Shown here: in pieces, positions 13,583 to 22,557 of the stretch | How positions within the stretch are numbered: the first letter of the stretch is position 1 | Layout of the letters: the number at the start of each line of letters is the position of its first letter | Assembly (NCBI GenBank): GCA_030550025.1 | Contig: JAUQQC010000002.1 | Span: 326,058-390,057 of the forward strand | Source: Acidobacteriota bacterium | GTDB lineage: Bacteria > Acidobacteriota > Blastocatellia > HR10 | Direction: 5' to 3' | DNA length: 64,000 nt | The notes under the pieces: model-generated | Databases searched by the model: none | Told to the model about the DNA's origin: nothing | Seen by the model: the letters and a program-made list of their open reading frames with translations, nothing else | Position numbers and translations under genes: made by a program

Positions 13583-13915
13583 ATGAACATGGAAGGGCAC
13601 GAGCTGATCGAAAGCGCACCATCGCCGAAGAAGAAGACGTTGACGAAAGCGGATCTCATCGAGGAGGTCGCTCGCGCGACCGAACTCGCGCGAAAGGACT
13701 CGCAGGTCATCGTCGAGACGGTCTTGGAGAGCTTGGTTAGCGCACTGAAGCGGGGCGAGGGGATCGAGTTGCGCGGCTTCGGTTCCTTCCGCTTTCGCGA
13801 GCGCGGCCCTCGGCGCGGGCGAAATCCGAAGACGGGTGAGGTGGTGGATGTCCCTCCCAAGCGCATGCCCTATTTCAAGCCGGGGAAGGAGTTGAAGGAA
13901 TTGATCAATCAGTAA
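13583..13915 (+). CDS. ihfB: Integration host factor / HU family DNA-binding protein
   Basis: LTKADLI, ELRGFGSF, GRNPKTGE, FKPGKELK. Confidence 0.9.
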   Translation: MNMEGHELIESAPSPKKKTLTKADLIEEVARATELARKDSQVIVETVLESLVSALKRGEGIELRGFGSFRFRERGPRRGRNPKTGEVVDVPPKRMPYFKPGKELKELINQ

Positions 13916-13917
13916 GG

Positions 13918-14409
13918 ATGGACTTTCTCTGGAGTCCATGGCGATTCCGTTACGTCTCGACGGCCGAGGAGCAAACGCGTTGCGTCTTTTGCGAAGCACC
14001 TCGGTTGAGCGATGAGAAGGCGTTGATCCTGTATCGCGGGCGGGAGAACTTCATCATCCTGAACCTCTATCCCTATACGACCGGCCATTTGATGATCGCG
14101 CCCTATGCGCATTTGGCCTCCTTCGCGGACGCGCCCAAGAGCCTTACTGACGAGATGACCGATTTGGCCAAGTATTGCTGCCGGGTGCTCATGGAAGTCT
14201 ACCGCCCGCATGGCTTGAATCTCGGGATGAATCTGGGGCGGGCGGCCGGAGCGGGCATCGCCGATCATTTCCATCTGCATGTGCTCCCGCGATGGTTCGG
14301 CGACACGAACTTCACGACCGTGATTGCCGAGACCCGCGTCTTGCCCGAGGATTTGGAGACGACCTACCGAAAGCTGCGGCGATATTTCGAGGACGTCCCG
14401 CTTCGCTGA
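13918..14409 (+). CDS. HIT family hydrolase (Ap4A phosphorylase-like)
   Basis: LWSPWR, CVFC, NLYPY, AGAGIADHFHLHVLPRW. Confidence 0.92.
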   Translation: MDFLWSPWRFRYVSTAEEQTRCVFCEAPRLSDEKALILYRGRENFIILNLYPYTTGHLMIAPYAHLASFADAPKSLTDEMTDLAKYCCRVLMEVYRPHGLNLGMNLGRAAGAGIADHFHLHVLPRWFGDTNFTTVIAETRVLPEDLETTYRKLRRYFEDVPLR

Positions 14410-14443
14410 GTCCTCGTTCGCCCCATAGGAGGAGTCAAGGGAT

Positions 14444-15478
14444 ATGCGTGCCACCTATGTGATCCTCCTCACTTTGATCTTCGCCGTCGAGGGGCGAGCG
14501 CGTCAAGAGGGGCAAGGGCGACCGGCGCCCAGCCCCGGTGCCACGTTGCATCAGATTCGCGGGCGCGTTTATCTTCCCACAGGCGCGCCCGCCGAGGAGC
14601 GCTTTCGCGTGACGCTGCGCACGTTCGGGCAGAGCATCGTGACCGAGACTTTCACGGATTCGTTAGGGAATTTCGAGTTTCGCGGCGTGCCCAACGGAAC
14701 CTACGAGATCGTCGTGTGGGAGACGGACCGATACGCGACCGAGGTCGAGCGCATCGAGGTCTTCAGCCGTGCTGCGCGCGTCTTTACGCAGAATATCTTC
14801 TTGCGCGAGAAAGAACGCGTGGCTTCCGAACGACCGGCTGCCGGAACGGTCTCCGTGGTGCGCCTGACCGAAGCGATCCCGAAAGAGGCGCGGAAGGAGT
14901 ACGAAAAGGGGGCCAAAGAATCGCGAAAGGGGAATGCGCAAAAAGCGATCGCGCATTTCCAACGGGCGCTCGCGCTTCATCCCCGCTACGTCCAAGCGCT
15001 CAATGATCTTGGCGTCCAGTATCTCCGTTTGAACGATCTCGCCCAAGCGCGCGCGGTGTTTCAACAAGCCATCGAGGTGGATCCTCAGGCCTCGCATCCG
15101 TATGTGAATCTCGGATTCCTCTGCCTGCTTCAGCGGGAATATGAAGCGGCGCTGGCGCATCTGCAGCGGGCCGTGACGCTCGATCCGGCCAATTGGTCCG
15201 CGCGCATGCTGCATGGGATCGCGCTCATACAGACGGGCGATCTTCAGCGCGCGGAGAGCGAGCTACAGAAGGCGTTGTCGCTCGGTCCTCCGCCGACCGT
15301 CTCGATCGTGCGCTTGCATCTGGCAAACCTCTTCCTGCGGCGCGGGGAGTACGCGCGCGCGTTGGAGCAATCGGAGAAGTATCTCGAAGAGGTCCCGAAC
15401 GCGACCAACGCCGCCGAGGTTCGCGAACGGGTGAAGAAGTTGCGAGAGCTCGTGCGCGCGCAGAACCGTCAGCCTTGA
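14444..15478 (+). CDS. Secreted TPR protein with carboxypeptidase-regulatory-like N-domain
   Basis: Signal peptide; TDSLGNFEF..VPNGTYEI; several TPR repeats. Confidence 0.85.
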   Translation: MRATYVILLTLIFAVEGRARQEGQGRPAPSPGATLHQIRGRVYLPTGAPAEERFRVTLRTFGQSIVTETFTDSLGNFEFRGVPNGTYEIVVWETDRYATEVERIEVFSRAARVFTQNIFLREKERVASERPAAGTVSVVRLTEAIPKEARKEYEKGAKESRKGNAQKAIAHFQRALALHPRYVQALNDLGVQYLRLNDLAQARAVFQQAIEVDPQASHPYVNLGFLCLLQREYEAALAHLQRAVTLDPANWSARMLHGIALIQTGDLQRAESELQKALSLGPPPTVSIVRLHLANLFLRRGEYARALEQSEKYLEEVPNATNAAEVRERVKKLRELVRAQNRQP

Positions 15479-15499
15479 GCGGCTCAGGAAGCCGTCGGC

Positions 15500-16060
15500 T
15501 TAGGAGAGGTGCCTTCGACGGCGAGAGGTCTCCGCTTGCTGGCGAAGAATCCGACGAATGCGTTCGTGCATCTCGGAGACGAAGGGATCGTCTGGGGCGA
15601 GACGCCGCAGTTGGTTGAGGTAATAGAGCGCGTTCTCGTTCTCCGGTGCGACGTAATCTCCACGCCGAATGGCTTCTTCGACCAGGAGCTTGAGTTGGCG
15701 GATGCGTTCCCGCCGATCGCCGGAAGCGTCCAGGGGAATCACCGGTTCGAGCGAAAAATCGTAACTCGCTTCCGGCTCCGAGGGGTCGGCGAAGATTTCG
15801 CGCTCGATCGGTTTATATCCCTCCTTTTGGATGACGACACGGTGGGTCCCCGCCGTCAATTCGACCACCAGGGGCGTATGGCCGATCCATCGGCCATCAA
15901 TGAGGACGGTCGCTTTCGGGGGATCGGTCGCAATGCTCACCACGCCCGAGGCGCGCTCGCGCGTCACCAGGAGGATGGCCGTCGCGCTGAGAAACATGGC
16001 CAGCGACGCGATCGCCACTGCGCGCCATCGCATTCGCCAGGTCGTCTCCTTCTGGCCCAT
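15500..16060 (-). CDS. Membrane-anchored PEGA domain protein
   Basis: TM segment, then TDPPKATVLIDG..GHTP...GTHRV...KEGY. Confidence 0.85.
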   Translation of the reverse strand: MGQKETTWRMRWRAVAIASLAMFLSATAILLVTRERASGVVSIATDPPKATVLIDGRWIGHTPLVVELTAGTHRVVIQKEGYKPIEREIFADPSEPEASYDFSLEPVIPLDASGDRRERIRQLKLLVEEAIRRGDYVAPENENALYYLNQLRRLAPDDPFVSEMHERIRRILRQQAETSRRRRHLS

Positions 16061-16081
16061 AGCGCTTCGTCGAGCATGGAA

Positions 16082-16110
16082 AATATATCGAATCGGCTGC
16101 CCCAGGACAA
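16082..16110 (-). promoter_or_regulatory. Putative sigma70 promoter for the PEGA gene
   Basis: TTGTCC-N17-TATATT on the minus strand. Confidence 0.5.
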
Positions 16111-16142
16111 GTCGCGCCTTCCAGAAGAAGGCATCCGACGGC

Positions 16143-16748
16143 TCACTCTTGAAGAAGTCGCATGATCGTGCGCCGCAGCCGTCGGGCGTCGGTCAGAGGA
16201 TTATATCCCACCAAATGCTCGCGGAGCCTCCCCTTTCGATCGAAGAGGAAAGTTTGCGGGATGGGATGTTCGCCCGGCCCGACGAAGGCTTCAAACATGC
16301 CCTCGGGGGCGAAGCCGATCGTGTAGTTCACGCCGAGTTCTCGGACGAATTGTTGGACCTGCTGGACGTCCTGCTCCGGGTCTTCAATCGTGAGTCCGAG
16401 GATCTCCAATCCGCGATCGCCGTGCGCGTTCTTCAGTTCGATCAAGAGCGGGATCTCTTCGCGGCAAGGGGGGCACCAGGTCGCCCAGAAATCCATGATG
16501 AGGACCTTGCCGCGAAAATCCGAGAGGGTGATCTCACGGCCTTCGAGCGTGCGGATGCGGAAGTCGGGGGCGCGCTGATGGCCGTTGGGCGCCCACGGCA
16601 GCCCATCAATGGCCGCCGTCGAAGGTCGCGCGCCGCTTCGAAAGAAGATCGCGTATACGGCCCAGGCCGCCACCATCCCGGCGATCACCACAAGAGCCGT
16701 CAGGCGCGCCGAAGCCGAGCGTTCCGGTGTCGTCTCAGCGGTCGCCAT
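16143..16748 (-). CDS. TlpA/ResA-family thiol-disulfide oxidoreductase
   Basis: TM anchor, [21 protein letters not shown]. Confidence 0.93.
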   Translation of the reverse strand: MATAETTPERSASARLTALVVIAGMVAAWAVYAIFFRSGARPSTAAIDGLPWAPNGHQRAPDFRIRTLEGREITLSDFRGKVLIMDFWATWCPPCREEIPLLIELKNAHGDRGLEILGLTIEDPEQDVQQVQQFVRELGVNYTIGFAPEGMFEAFVGPGEHPIPQTFLFDRKGRLREHLVGYNPLTDARRLRRTIMRLLQE

Positions 16749-16938
16749 GTTCGTCCTCGCCTTCAGCCGATTCCGTTTGTTCTCTCACGGCGACGCCGAC
16801 CGATGGGCCAGCGATCCGGTAAGCCTCCGACGCCCACATCCCCAGGTCCACGAGCTTACACCGCTCCGAGCAGAACGGACGGAACGGATTCGATTCCCAG
16901 GGGACGCGCTTTCCGCAACGTGGGCATTTGACCATCAT
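16735..16938 (-). CDS. yacG: DNA gyrase inhibitor YacG
   Basis: CPRC...[15 protein letters not shown]...Y.I. Confidence 0.92.
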   Translation of the reverse strand: MMVKCPRCGKRVPWESNPFRPFCSERCKLVDLGMWASEAYRIAGPSVGVAVREQTESAEGEDEHGDR

Positions 16939-16992
16939 ACGGGGATCAGTGTTGCACAAAACCGCTCAGGCGTCAACGTACGAGAGCACAGG

Positions 16993-17021
16993 TTGCAGCG
17001 CGCGAGACTCTCTGATACACT
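16993..17021 (+). promoter_or_regulatory. Putative sigma70 promoter
   Basis: TTGCAG-N17-TACACT with TG extension. Confidence 0.5.
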
Positions 17022-17061
17022 GGTTTTCCTCGCACTTCGAGGCTCAGGAGGCTGATGGGAG

Positions 17062-17460
17062 ATGCCGGAGACGATTCCGAACGAGTATCTCGACCTCTTC
17101 CAAAAGCGCGCGTTCGCCGTCTTGGCGACGCTCATGCCCGATGGCTCCCCGCAGGTGACGCCGGTGTGGTGCGATTTCGATGGGGCGCACGTGCTCGTGA
17201 ATTCGGCGCGCGGCCGCGTGAAGGATCGGAACATGCGGCGCGATCCGCGCGTCGCGCTTGTGATTTTGGATCCGGACAATCCGTATCGCTACGTGGAGAT
17301 TCGCGGGCGCGTCGTCGAGATCACTGAAGAGGGGGCAGACGCCCACATTGATCGGTTAGCGAAGAAGTATCTGGGCGTGGAGACTTATCCCTATCGTCAG
17401 CCGGGGGAGGTTCGCGTCCTCTACAGGATTCTCCCGGAACGCGTCTCCGGGTTACGGTGA
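17062..17460 (+). CDS. PPOX-class (flavin/F420-binding split-barrel) protein
   Basis: LATLMPDGSPQVTPVW, KDRNMRRDPRV, YVEIRG. Confidence 0.9.
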   Translation: MPETIPNEYLDLFQKRAFAVLATLMPDGSPQVTPVWCDFDGAHVLVNSARGRVKDRNMRRDPRVALVILDPDNPYRYVEIRGRVVEITEEGADAHIDRLAKKYLGVETYPYRQPGEVRVLYRILPERVSGLR

Positions 17461-17533
17461 AGAGGCTTCGAAGCGGTGCGCAACACGGGCACCGCATTCG
17501 TGAGGACCTGGCGCGAGCGCGACGAAGACGGAT

Positions 17534-17562
17534 TTGCCAGCGCGCCCGCGTTGGTTTATAAT
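17534..17562 (+). promoter_or_regulatory. Sigma70 promoter
   Basis: TTGCCA-N17-TATAAT. Confidence 0.7.
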
Positions 17563-17647
17563 GACGCCTGACGTTGCTCGTGGTGTCCAGTCGAAGGGCT
17601 GGGCGTCCCTGAGTCCAACATCCCGGGTGAGAGCCAAAGGAGCGCGT

Positions 17648-18037
17648 ATGAGCGAAAAGTACAGGCATCTGGAAGACGAATGGCGGCAGGCCGCTCGACG
17701 CTCGCGGGATTTCCCGAAACCGAATCTGCTGACCGTTCGCGAGGTCTTTCGCTGTGCGATCTGTGGAGCCGTTGTCCCGGCGGAGATTGGCATCCCGGTG
17801 GATGGTGAGTGTCCGAAGTGTCATGCCGATCTGCACACGTGTAAGAATTGTCTTCACTTCGATCCGCGAAGTCGGTTCGAGTGCACGGAGCCGATCCCCG
17901 CGCGCATCCCGCGAAAGGATGTGCGGAACGAGTGCGAGTTCTTCGAGCCGCGCAAGGTTGTGGAGCGGGAGACGACCACGTCGCCCATGCCGAGTCAAGA
18001 TCCGCGCGCGGCCTTCGATCGGTTGTTCAAGAAGTGA
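17648..18037 (+). CDS. Hypothetical eight-cysteine metal-binding protein
   Basis: AAGGAG SD; CAIC, CPKC, CKNC plus two further Cys; C-terminal AAFDRLFKK. Confidence 0.85.
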   Translation: MSEKYRHLEDEWRQAARRSRDFPKPNLLTVREVFRCAICGAVVPAEIGIPVDGECPKCHADLHTCKNCLHFDPRSRFECTEPIPARIPRKDVRNECEFFEPRKVVERETTTSPMPSQDPRAAFDRLFKK

Positions 18038-18154
18038 GCGTCTGTTCCCACGAGGGCTTGGGTGTCCCGTCCTGGCGTTGAGGGAATATCGTTCCAATCC
18101 CCAAGGCGGCCCCTATGAGCGAAGGCTCCCAGCCGAGGCGTGAGGAGGGGAGCG

Positions 18155-18820
18155 ATGCGCGTTCTGATCGTCGAAGACGAACGGAAGATGGCCGAGGTGC
18201 TCCGGCGCGGTCTGGAGGAAGAGGGGTACGTCGTGGAGCTCGCTGTGGATGGGGAAGAAGGTCTGCAGCTGGGGAGCGAGCGGGGGTACGATCTCATCAT
18301 CCTCGACCTTCGCCTTCCCAAGCGCGATGGGATCGAAGTCTGTCGCGAGCTGCGCCGGCGTGGTGTGCTGACGCCCATCCTCGTGCTGACGGTCCGCGAT
18401 GCCGTCGCGGTGAAGGTCGAGGCCTTCGACGGTGGAGCCGATGATTATCTCACCAAGCCGTTCGCCTTTGCGGAATTGCTGGCGCGCGCGCGAGCGCTCG
18501 TGCGGCGCCGTCAGCAGGTGGACCTGCGGTTGCGCGTCGGCGATCTGGTCCTCGATCCCGTGACGCGGCGCGTCACGCGCGCCGGTCGTGCGATCGCCCT
18601 GACGCCCAAGGAGTTCGCCCTGCTCGAATGCCTCATGCGTCATCCGAACGAGGTGCTGACGCGCGCCCGGCTGGTGGAGGAGGCTTGGGGAGAGCGCTTC
18701 GACGCACTGACCAATATCGTGGACGTGTACATCAATGCCTTGCGGAAGAAGCTCGATCGCGCCTTCTCGCGCCCCCTCATTCACACGGTTCGCGGCGTCG
18801 GATACGTGCTGCGCCCGTAG
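18155..18820 (+). CDS. OmpR/CusR-family response regulator
   Basis: LIVEDE, ILDLRLP, GADDYLTKPF, IHTVRGVGY. Confidence 0.95.
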   Translation: MRVLIVEDERKMAEVLRRGLEEEGYVVELAVDGEEGLQLGSERGYDLIILDLRLPKRDGIEVCRELRRRGVLTPILVLTVRDAVAVKVEAFDGGADDYLTKPFAFAELLARARALVRRRQQVDLRLRVGDLVLDPVTRRVTRAGRAIALTPKEFALLECLMRHPNEVLTRARLVEEAWGERFDALTNIVDVYINALRKKLDRAFSRPLIHTVRGVGYVLRP

Positions 18821-18822
18821 CG

Positions 18823-20019
18823 TCAGAGGAGCGTCAGGATGGGCACGACCTCCGTCTGAATCGGGCGAGCCGTCACGATCACATCGTCGTCCCCCACGTA
18901 GACATCCACCTCGCTGCGCACGCCGAATTCCCCTTCCAGATAAACGCCGGGCTCGATGGAGAAGCACGTGTGCGGAAGGATGCGGCGCTCGTCGCGGGTC
19001 TCCAAGTTATCGAGGTTGGCGCCGTTGCCGTGCACGTCCTCGCCGATGGAATGGCCGGTGCGATGGATGAAGAAGTCGCCCAACCCGGCACGGCGGATTA
19101 CCTCGCGGGCGACCTCATCCACTTCCCATCCCCGAATCGGGCGTTGTGCGCGCACGGCCTCGCGCACGAACTCGATGGCGCGATCGCGCGCTTCGCGCAC
19201 AACGCTGAAGACGCGCGCGTAGCGATCGGGCACGACATCGCCGACGAATCCCGTCCACGTGATGTCCACGTAGACGGCGTGGGGAACATCGCGCAGCTTC
19301 GCCCAGAGATCAATGAGCACGAAGGTCCCTTCTCGGATCGGCCAGGCTGAGTCCGGCGTCGGGCTGTAGTGCGGATTCGCCGAGTGCGCATCCGCGGCGA
19401 CGATCGGAGGATGGTCGGCCACCAGTCCTTCGCGCTCGAAACACTGGAGGATGAACTGCTGAATCTGGTACTCATCGGAAGCGCGCCCGGAGACGATGCG
19501 CCGCGCGATCTCGGCGAACGTCTCGTCCACGATCCGGCGCATCTTCGGCTCTGCAAGGAGGTGCGTCTGCAGCTGCTCCTCGCTCCAGACGGCCTCGAAC
19601 TGTTGCACGAGGTCGGCCGAGGAGACGATCTCAATGCCGAAGCGGCGGAGAAGCTCCACGGTCCCGGCATCCACGCGCGAGATGTAAGGGATAGCATTGT
19701 CCGGGGAGTATTGCATGGCAAGGCGTCGGCATCCGCGCAGGATTCGGTGCAGATGTTCATGGAGCTGAGACCACGGCAGATAGATGAGCTTCGTTCCGGG
19801 GAGCGAGTCGAGCTGCTCCGATTCGATGATGTGGACGATCTTGACGGGCTCGCCTTCTGCCGGGATGAAGTAGAACCAGCGGCGTGTCCCCAAGCGGTTC
19901 TCGTCGAGCTTCAAAATGCGATAGGCCAGCGGGTCCGATTTGCGGAAGTCGTAGAAGAGCCATCCGTCCACGCCAGCCTCCTTCAGCGCCGTCTGAATGC
20001 GGGCGATCAAGTCGTCCAT
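18823..20019 (-). CDS. M24-family Xaa-Pro peptidase
   Basis: DITW, HRTGHSIG, FSIEPGVY, GVRSE. Confidence 0.92.
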   Translation of the reverse strand: MDDLIARIQTALKEAGVDGWLFYDFRKSDPLAYRILKLDENRLGTRRWFYFIPAEGEPVKIVHIIESEQLDSLPGTKLIYLPWSQLHEHLHRILRGCRRLAMQYSPDNAIPYISRVDAGTVELLRRFGIEIVSSADLVQQFEAVWSEEQLQTHLLAEPKMRRIVDETFAEIARRIVSGRASDEYQIQQFILQCFEREGLVADHPPIVAADAHSANPHYSPTPDSAWPIREGTFVLIDLWAKLRDVPHAVYVDITWTGFVGDVVPDRYARVFSVVREARDRAIEFVREAVRAQRPIRGWEVDEVAREVIRRAGLGDFFIHRTGHSIGEDVHGNGANLDNLETRDERRILPHTCFSIEPGVYLEGEFGVRSEVDVYVGDDDVIVTARPIQTEVVPILTLL

Positions 20020-20116
20020 AGGTCTTCTCCAAAGATGAAGAGCTTAGCAAAATGCGCGCTCGCGCGCGAGACATCGGCTCATGGGAACGTCGCTCTCGCG
20101 AGCGCAACGCACCGAG

Positions 20117-20824
20117 TTAGACTTTCCCCATCTCGTGGGCGTACGCGCAGTATTGGATGAGGCAACAGGCTTCGCACCGAGGGGTTCTCGGGCGGCAGAC
20201 GTCGCGTCCGAGGCGGATCAAGTTGAGGTGCGCGGCGTAGCTATGGCGGGCAGGGATGAGACGGCCAAGCTGCTGGTGCGCGCGTTCGTCGGAGCAGCGT
20301 TGAGGGATCAACCCGAGCCGTGCCGCCACGCGGCGAATGTGCGTGTCCACGGGGAAGACCGGGTGCCCGCAGGCGAAGAGCAAGACGCAGGCCGCCGTCT
20401 TCGGGCCGACGCCGTCGAGCGAACGCAGGAAGCCGAGCGCTTCCTCAAGCGGCACCCGACAGAGGAAAGAGAGGTCAAGCGCGCCCGTGCGTCGCTCGAT
20501 CTCCTGGAGGATGCGTTTGATGCGCACCGACTTAATCCGCGCCAAGCCACCGACGCGAATTGCCGCCGCGATCTCCCGCGTGGAGGCGCGCCGCACGGCA
20601 TCCCACGTCGGGAAGCGCGCCTTCAGGCGAGCGAACGCGCGATCCCGATTCCGATCGTTCGTGGATTGAGAGAGGATGGTTTCGATCAACGTGTCCAAGG
20701 GATCGCGATCGCGGCGAAGCCGTGGCACACCGTAGGTCGCCGCCAGGTGCTCGAGGATGTGTCGGATGAGTTCTCGGGTCTCCGCTGAGACGGAAGCCAG
20801 GGCCTTCGTCGAACGCTCGCTCAT
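20117..20824 (-). CDS. nth: Endonuclease III / HhH-GPD DNA glycosylase
   Basis: LSQST, LDGVGPKTA, PVDTH, C-x6-C-x2-C-x5-C cluster motif. Confidence 0.9.
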   Translation of the reverse strand: MSERSTKALASVSAETRELIRHILEHLAATYGVPRLRRDRDPLDTLIETILSQSTNDRNRDRAFARLKARFPTWDAVRRASTREIAAAIRVGGLARIKSVRIKRILQEIERRTGALDLSFLCRVPLEEALGFLRSLDGVGPKTAACVLLFACGHPVFPVDTHIRRVAARLGLIPQRCSDERAHQQLGRLIPARHSYAAHLNLIRLGRDVCRPRTPRCEACCLIQYCAYAHEMGKV

Positions 20825-21981
20825 CGTCGTGCCTCCGATGTTCGGGCGAGGACTTCGCGGTAATAGGCTTCGTACATGGGAATGATGCGCTCGCTGGAGA
20901 ACTGGGCGAGGGCGCGCTCGCGCGCCCGCCGGCCCATCTCGCGGCGCAGGGCATCATCTTGCAGCAGGCGGATGGCGGCTTCGGCCATCGCCGCGAGGTC
21001 TCCGCACGGGAGCAAGAACCCAGTCACCCCATCTTCAACGACTTCGGGCACGCCACCGGTGCGGCTGGCGATGACGGGGACTTCGCAAGCCATCGCTTCG
21101 AGCGCGGCCAGTCCGAACGCCTCCATCTCGCTCGGCAGCAGCAGCAGATCGGCGATCGAGAGGAAGTCGACGATGTTGGGTTGTTTCCCCACACAATGGA
21201 CGCGCCCGGTGAGCCCGTAGCGCTCGACGAGCCATTCGACGCGCGCGCGATCCGGTCCGTCGCCGATCATGAGGAGGCAAGCGGGGACGCGCTCGAGCAC
21301 GCGGGCGAAGATCTCCACGCAATCGGGGGCCCGTTTGATCGGGCGGAAGTTGGAGATGTGCACGAGGACCTTCTCTCCCGAAGGTGCGAAACGCTCGCGC
21401 AGCTCCGGGCGCGGCCGACGCGCGTATTCCTCGCCGTTGATGAAGTTCGGGATGACCTGAATCTCGCAGATCCCGAAGGTTTCGCAGGTCGTCCGGCGCA
21501 GATAGTGCGAGACGGCCGTGACGCCATCGCTTTGCGCGATGCCGAAGCGCGTGATCGGCAAGTAGGAGCGATCGCGCCCGACGAGTGTGATGTCCGTCCC
21601 ATGCAGCGTGGTGATCACTGGCAGATACCGATGGGGGCGGAGCATCTCACGCGCCAGGTAGGCGCTGATGGCGTGGGGGATGGCGTAGTGGACGTGCAAG
21701 AGGTCCAACCCGTATTCACACGCGACGCGGAACTGCTTGGTGGCCAGCGCCATGTCGTAAGGGAGATACTCAAAGAGCGGATAATCGAGCATCTCGACCT
21801 CGTGAAAGAAGAGGCGCTCGGAAAGCTCGGTGAGTCGCGTCGGCAAAGCGGCCGCGATGAAATGGACCGTGTGGCCACGTCGCGCCAGCTCCTTCCCTAA
21901 TTCGGAGGCGACGATGCCGCTGCCGCCGTAGGTGGGATAGCACGTGATCCCGATCTTCAACGGGCGCATCGTGAGAGCCAT
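20821..21981 (-). CDS. bshA: N-acetyl-alpha-D-glucosaminyl L-malate synthase BshA
   Basis: CYPTYGGSG, HVHYAIPHA, TTLHGTD, SNFRPIKR, EAFGLAALEA. Confidence 0.96.
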   Translation of the reverse strand: MALTMRPLKIGITCYPTYGGSGIVASELGKELARRGHTVHFIAAALPTRLTELSERLFFHEVEMLDYPLFEYLPYDMALATKQFRVACEYGLDLLHVHYAIPHAISAYLAREMLRPHRYLPVITTLHGTDITLVGRDRSYLPITRFGIAQSDGVTAVSHYLRRTTCETFGICEIQVIPNFINGEEYARRPRPELRERFAPSGEKVLVHISNFRPIKRAPDCVEIFARVLERVPACLLMIGDGPDRARVEWLVERYGLTGRVHCVGKQPNIVDFLSIADLLLLPSEMEAFGLAALEAMACEVPVIASRTGGVPEVVEDGVTGFLLPCGDLAAMAEAAIRLLQDDALRREMGRRARERALAQFSSERIIPMYEAYYREVLARTSEARR

Positions 21982-22012
21982 CGTCGTTTGGGGAGGCCGA
22001 TCCGAGGACGTC

Positions 22013-22450
22013 TCAGCTCATGTACTCCTCGAACTCCTCCAGGAGCATGAGCCCGTTCTCTTGCGGGTCATCCACGACGCCATGCGTCAAGCGGGCTAGC
22101 GCCGCGATGACCTTCAGATGGAAATCGGTCGGCTGCCCATACTCATCGGCCTCCGCTTCGATCTTGAACTTCCGGGCTGCCTTCCTCACTTGAAGGGGCA
22201 AGGATTCATATGTCTGCCGCAACTCTTCGATCTCTTCGGCCGAAGGATGGGCGACCGTGATGGTGCAGACTTCGCGCCCACGCTCAGTCTCGGCCTCGAC
22301 TTCGAGGGCCGTCCAATGAGTGGCGTTCGGAGCCTCGCCGCCGCGCAGTTGCACGCGGCAGGGATACCCGCTCTCTTTGAGCTGGGCGATTACCTCCGAG
22401 ACCGAGGGGAGACGAGTCCGATCCGTCCAGACGAAGTATTCACACCTCAT
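22013..22450 (-). CDS. Hypothetical protein
   Basis: Own promoter, co-oriented upstream of bshA; fills the gap. Confidence 0.75.
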   Translation of the reverse strand: MRCEYFVWTDRTRLPSVSEVIAQLKESGYPCRVQLRGGEAPNATHWTALEVEAETERGREVCTITVAHPSAEEIEELRQTYESLPLQVRKAARKFKIEAEADEYGQPTDFHLKVIAALARLTHGVVDDPQENGLMLLEEFEEYMS

Positions 22451-22508
22451 GGTCCACTCGCCTCTTCTCCATGTCCGTTCTGTCGTTCACCGCGCCGTAT
22501 GCGGAGGC

Positions 22509-22537
22509 ATTGTAGGCGAGAGTCCTCCATTTGGCAA
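22509..22537 (-). promoter_or_regulatory. Sigma70 promoter for hyp-bshA-nth
   Basis: TTGCCA-N17-TACAAT on the minus strand. Confidence 0.65.
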
Positions 22538-22557
22538 CGGGGCGATTTCGCCTTCGT

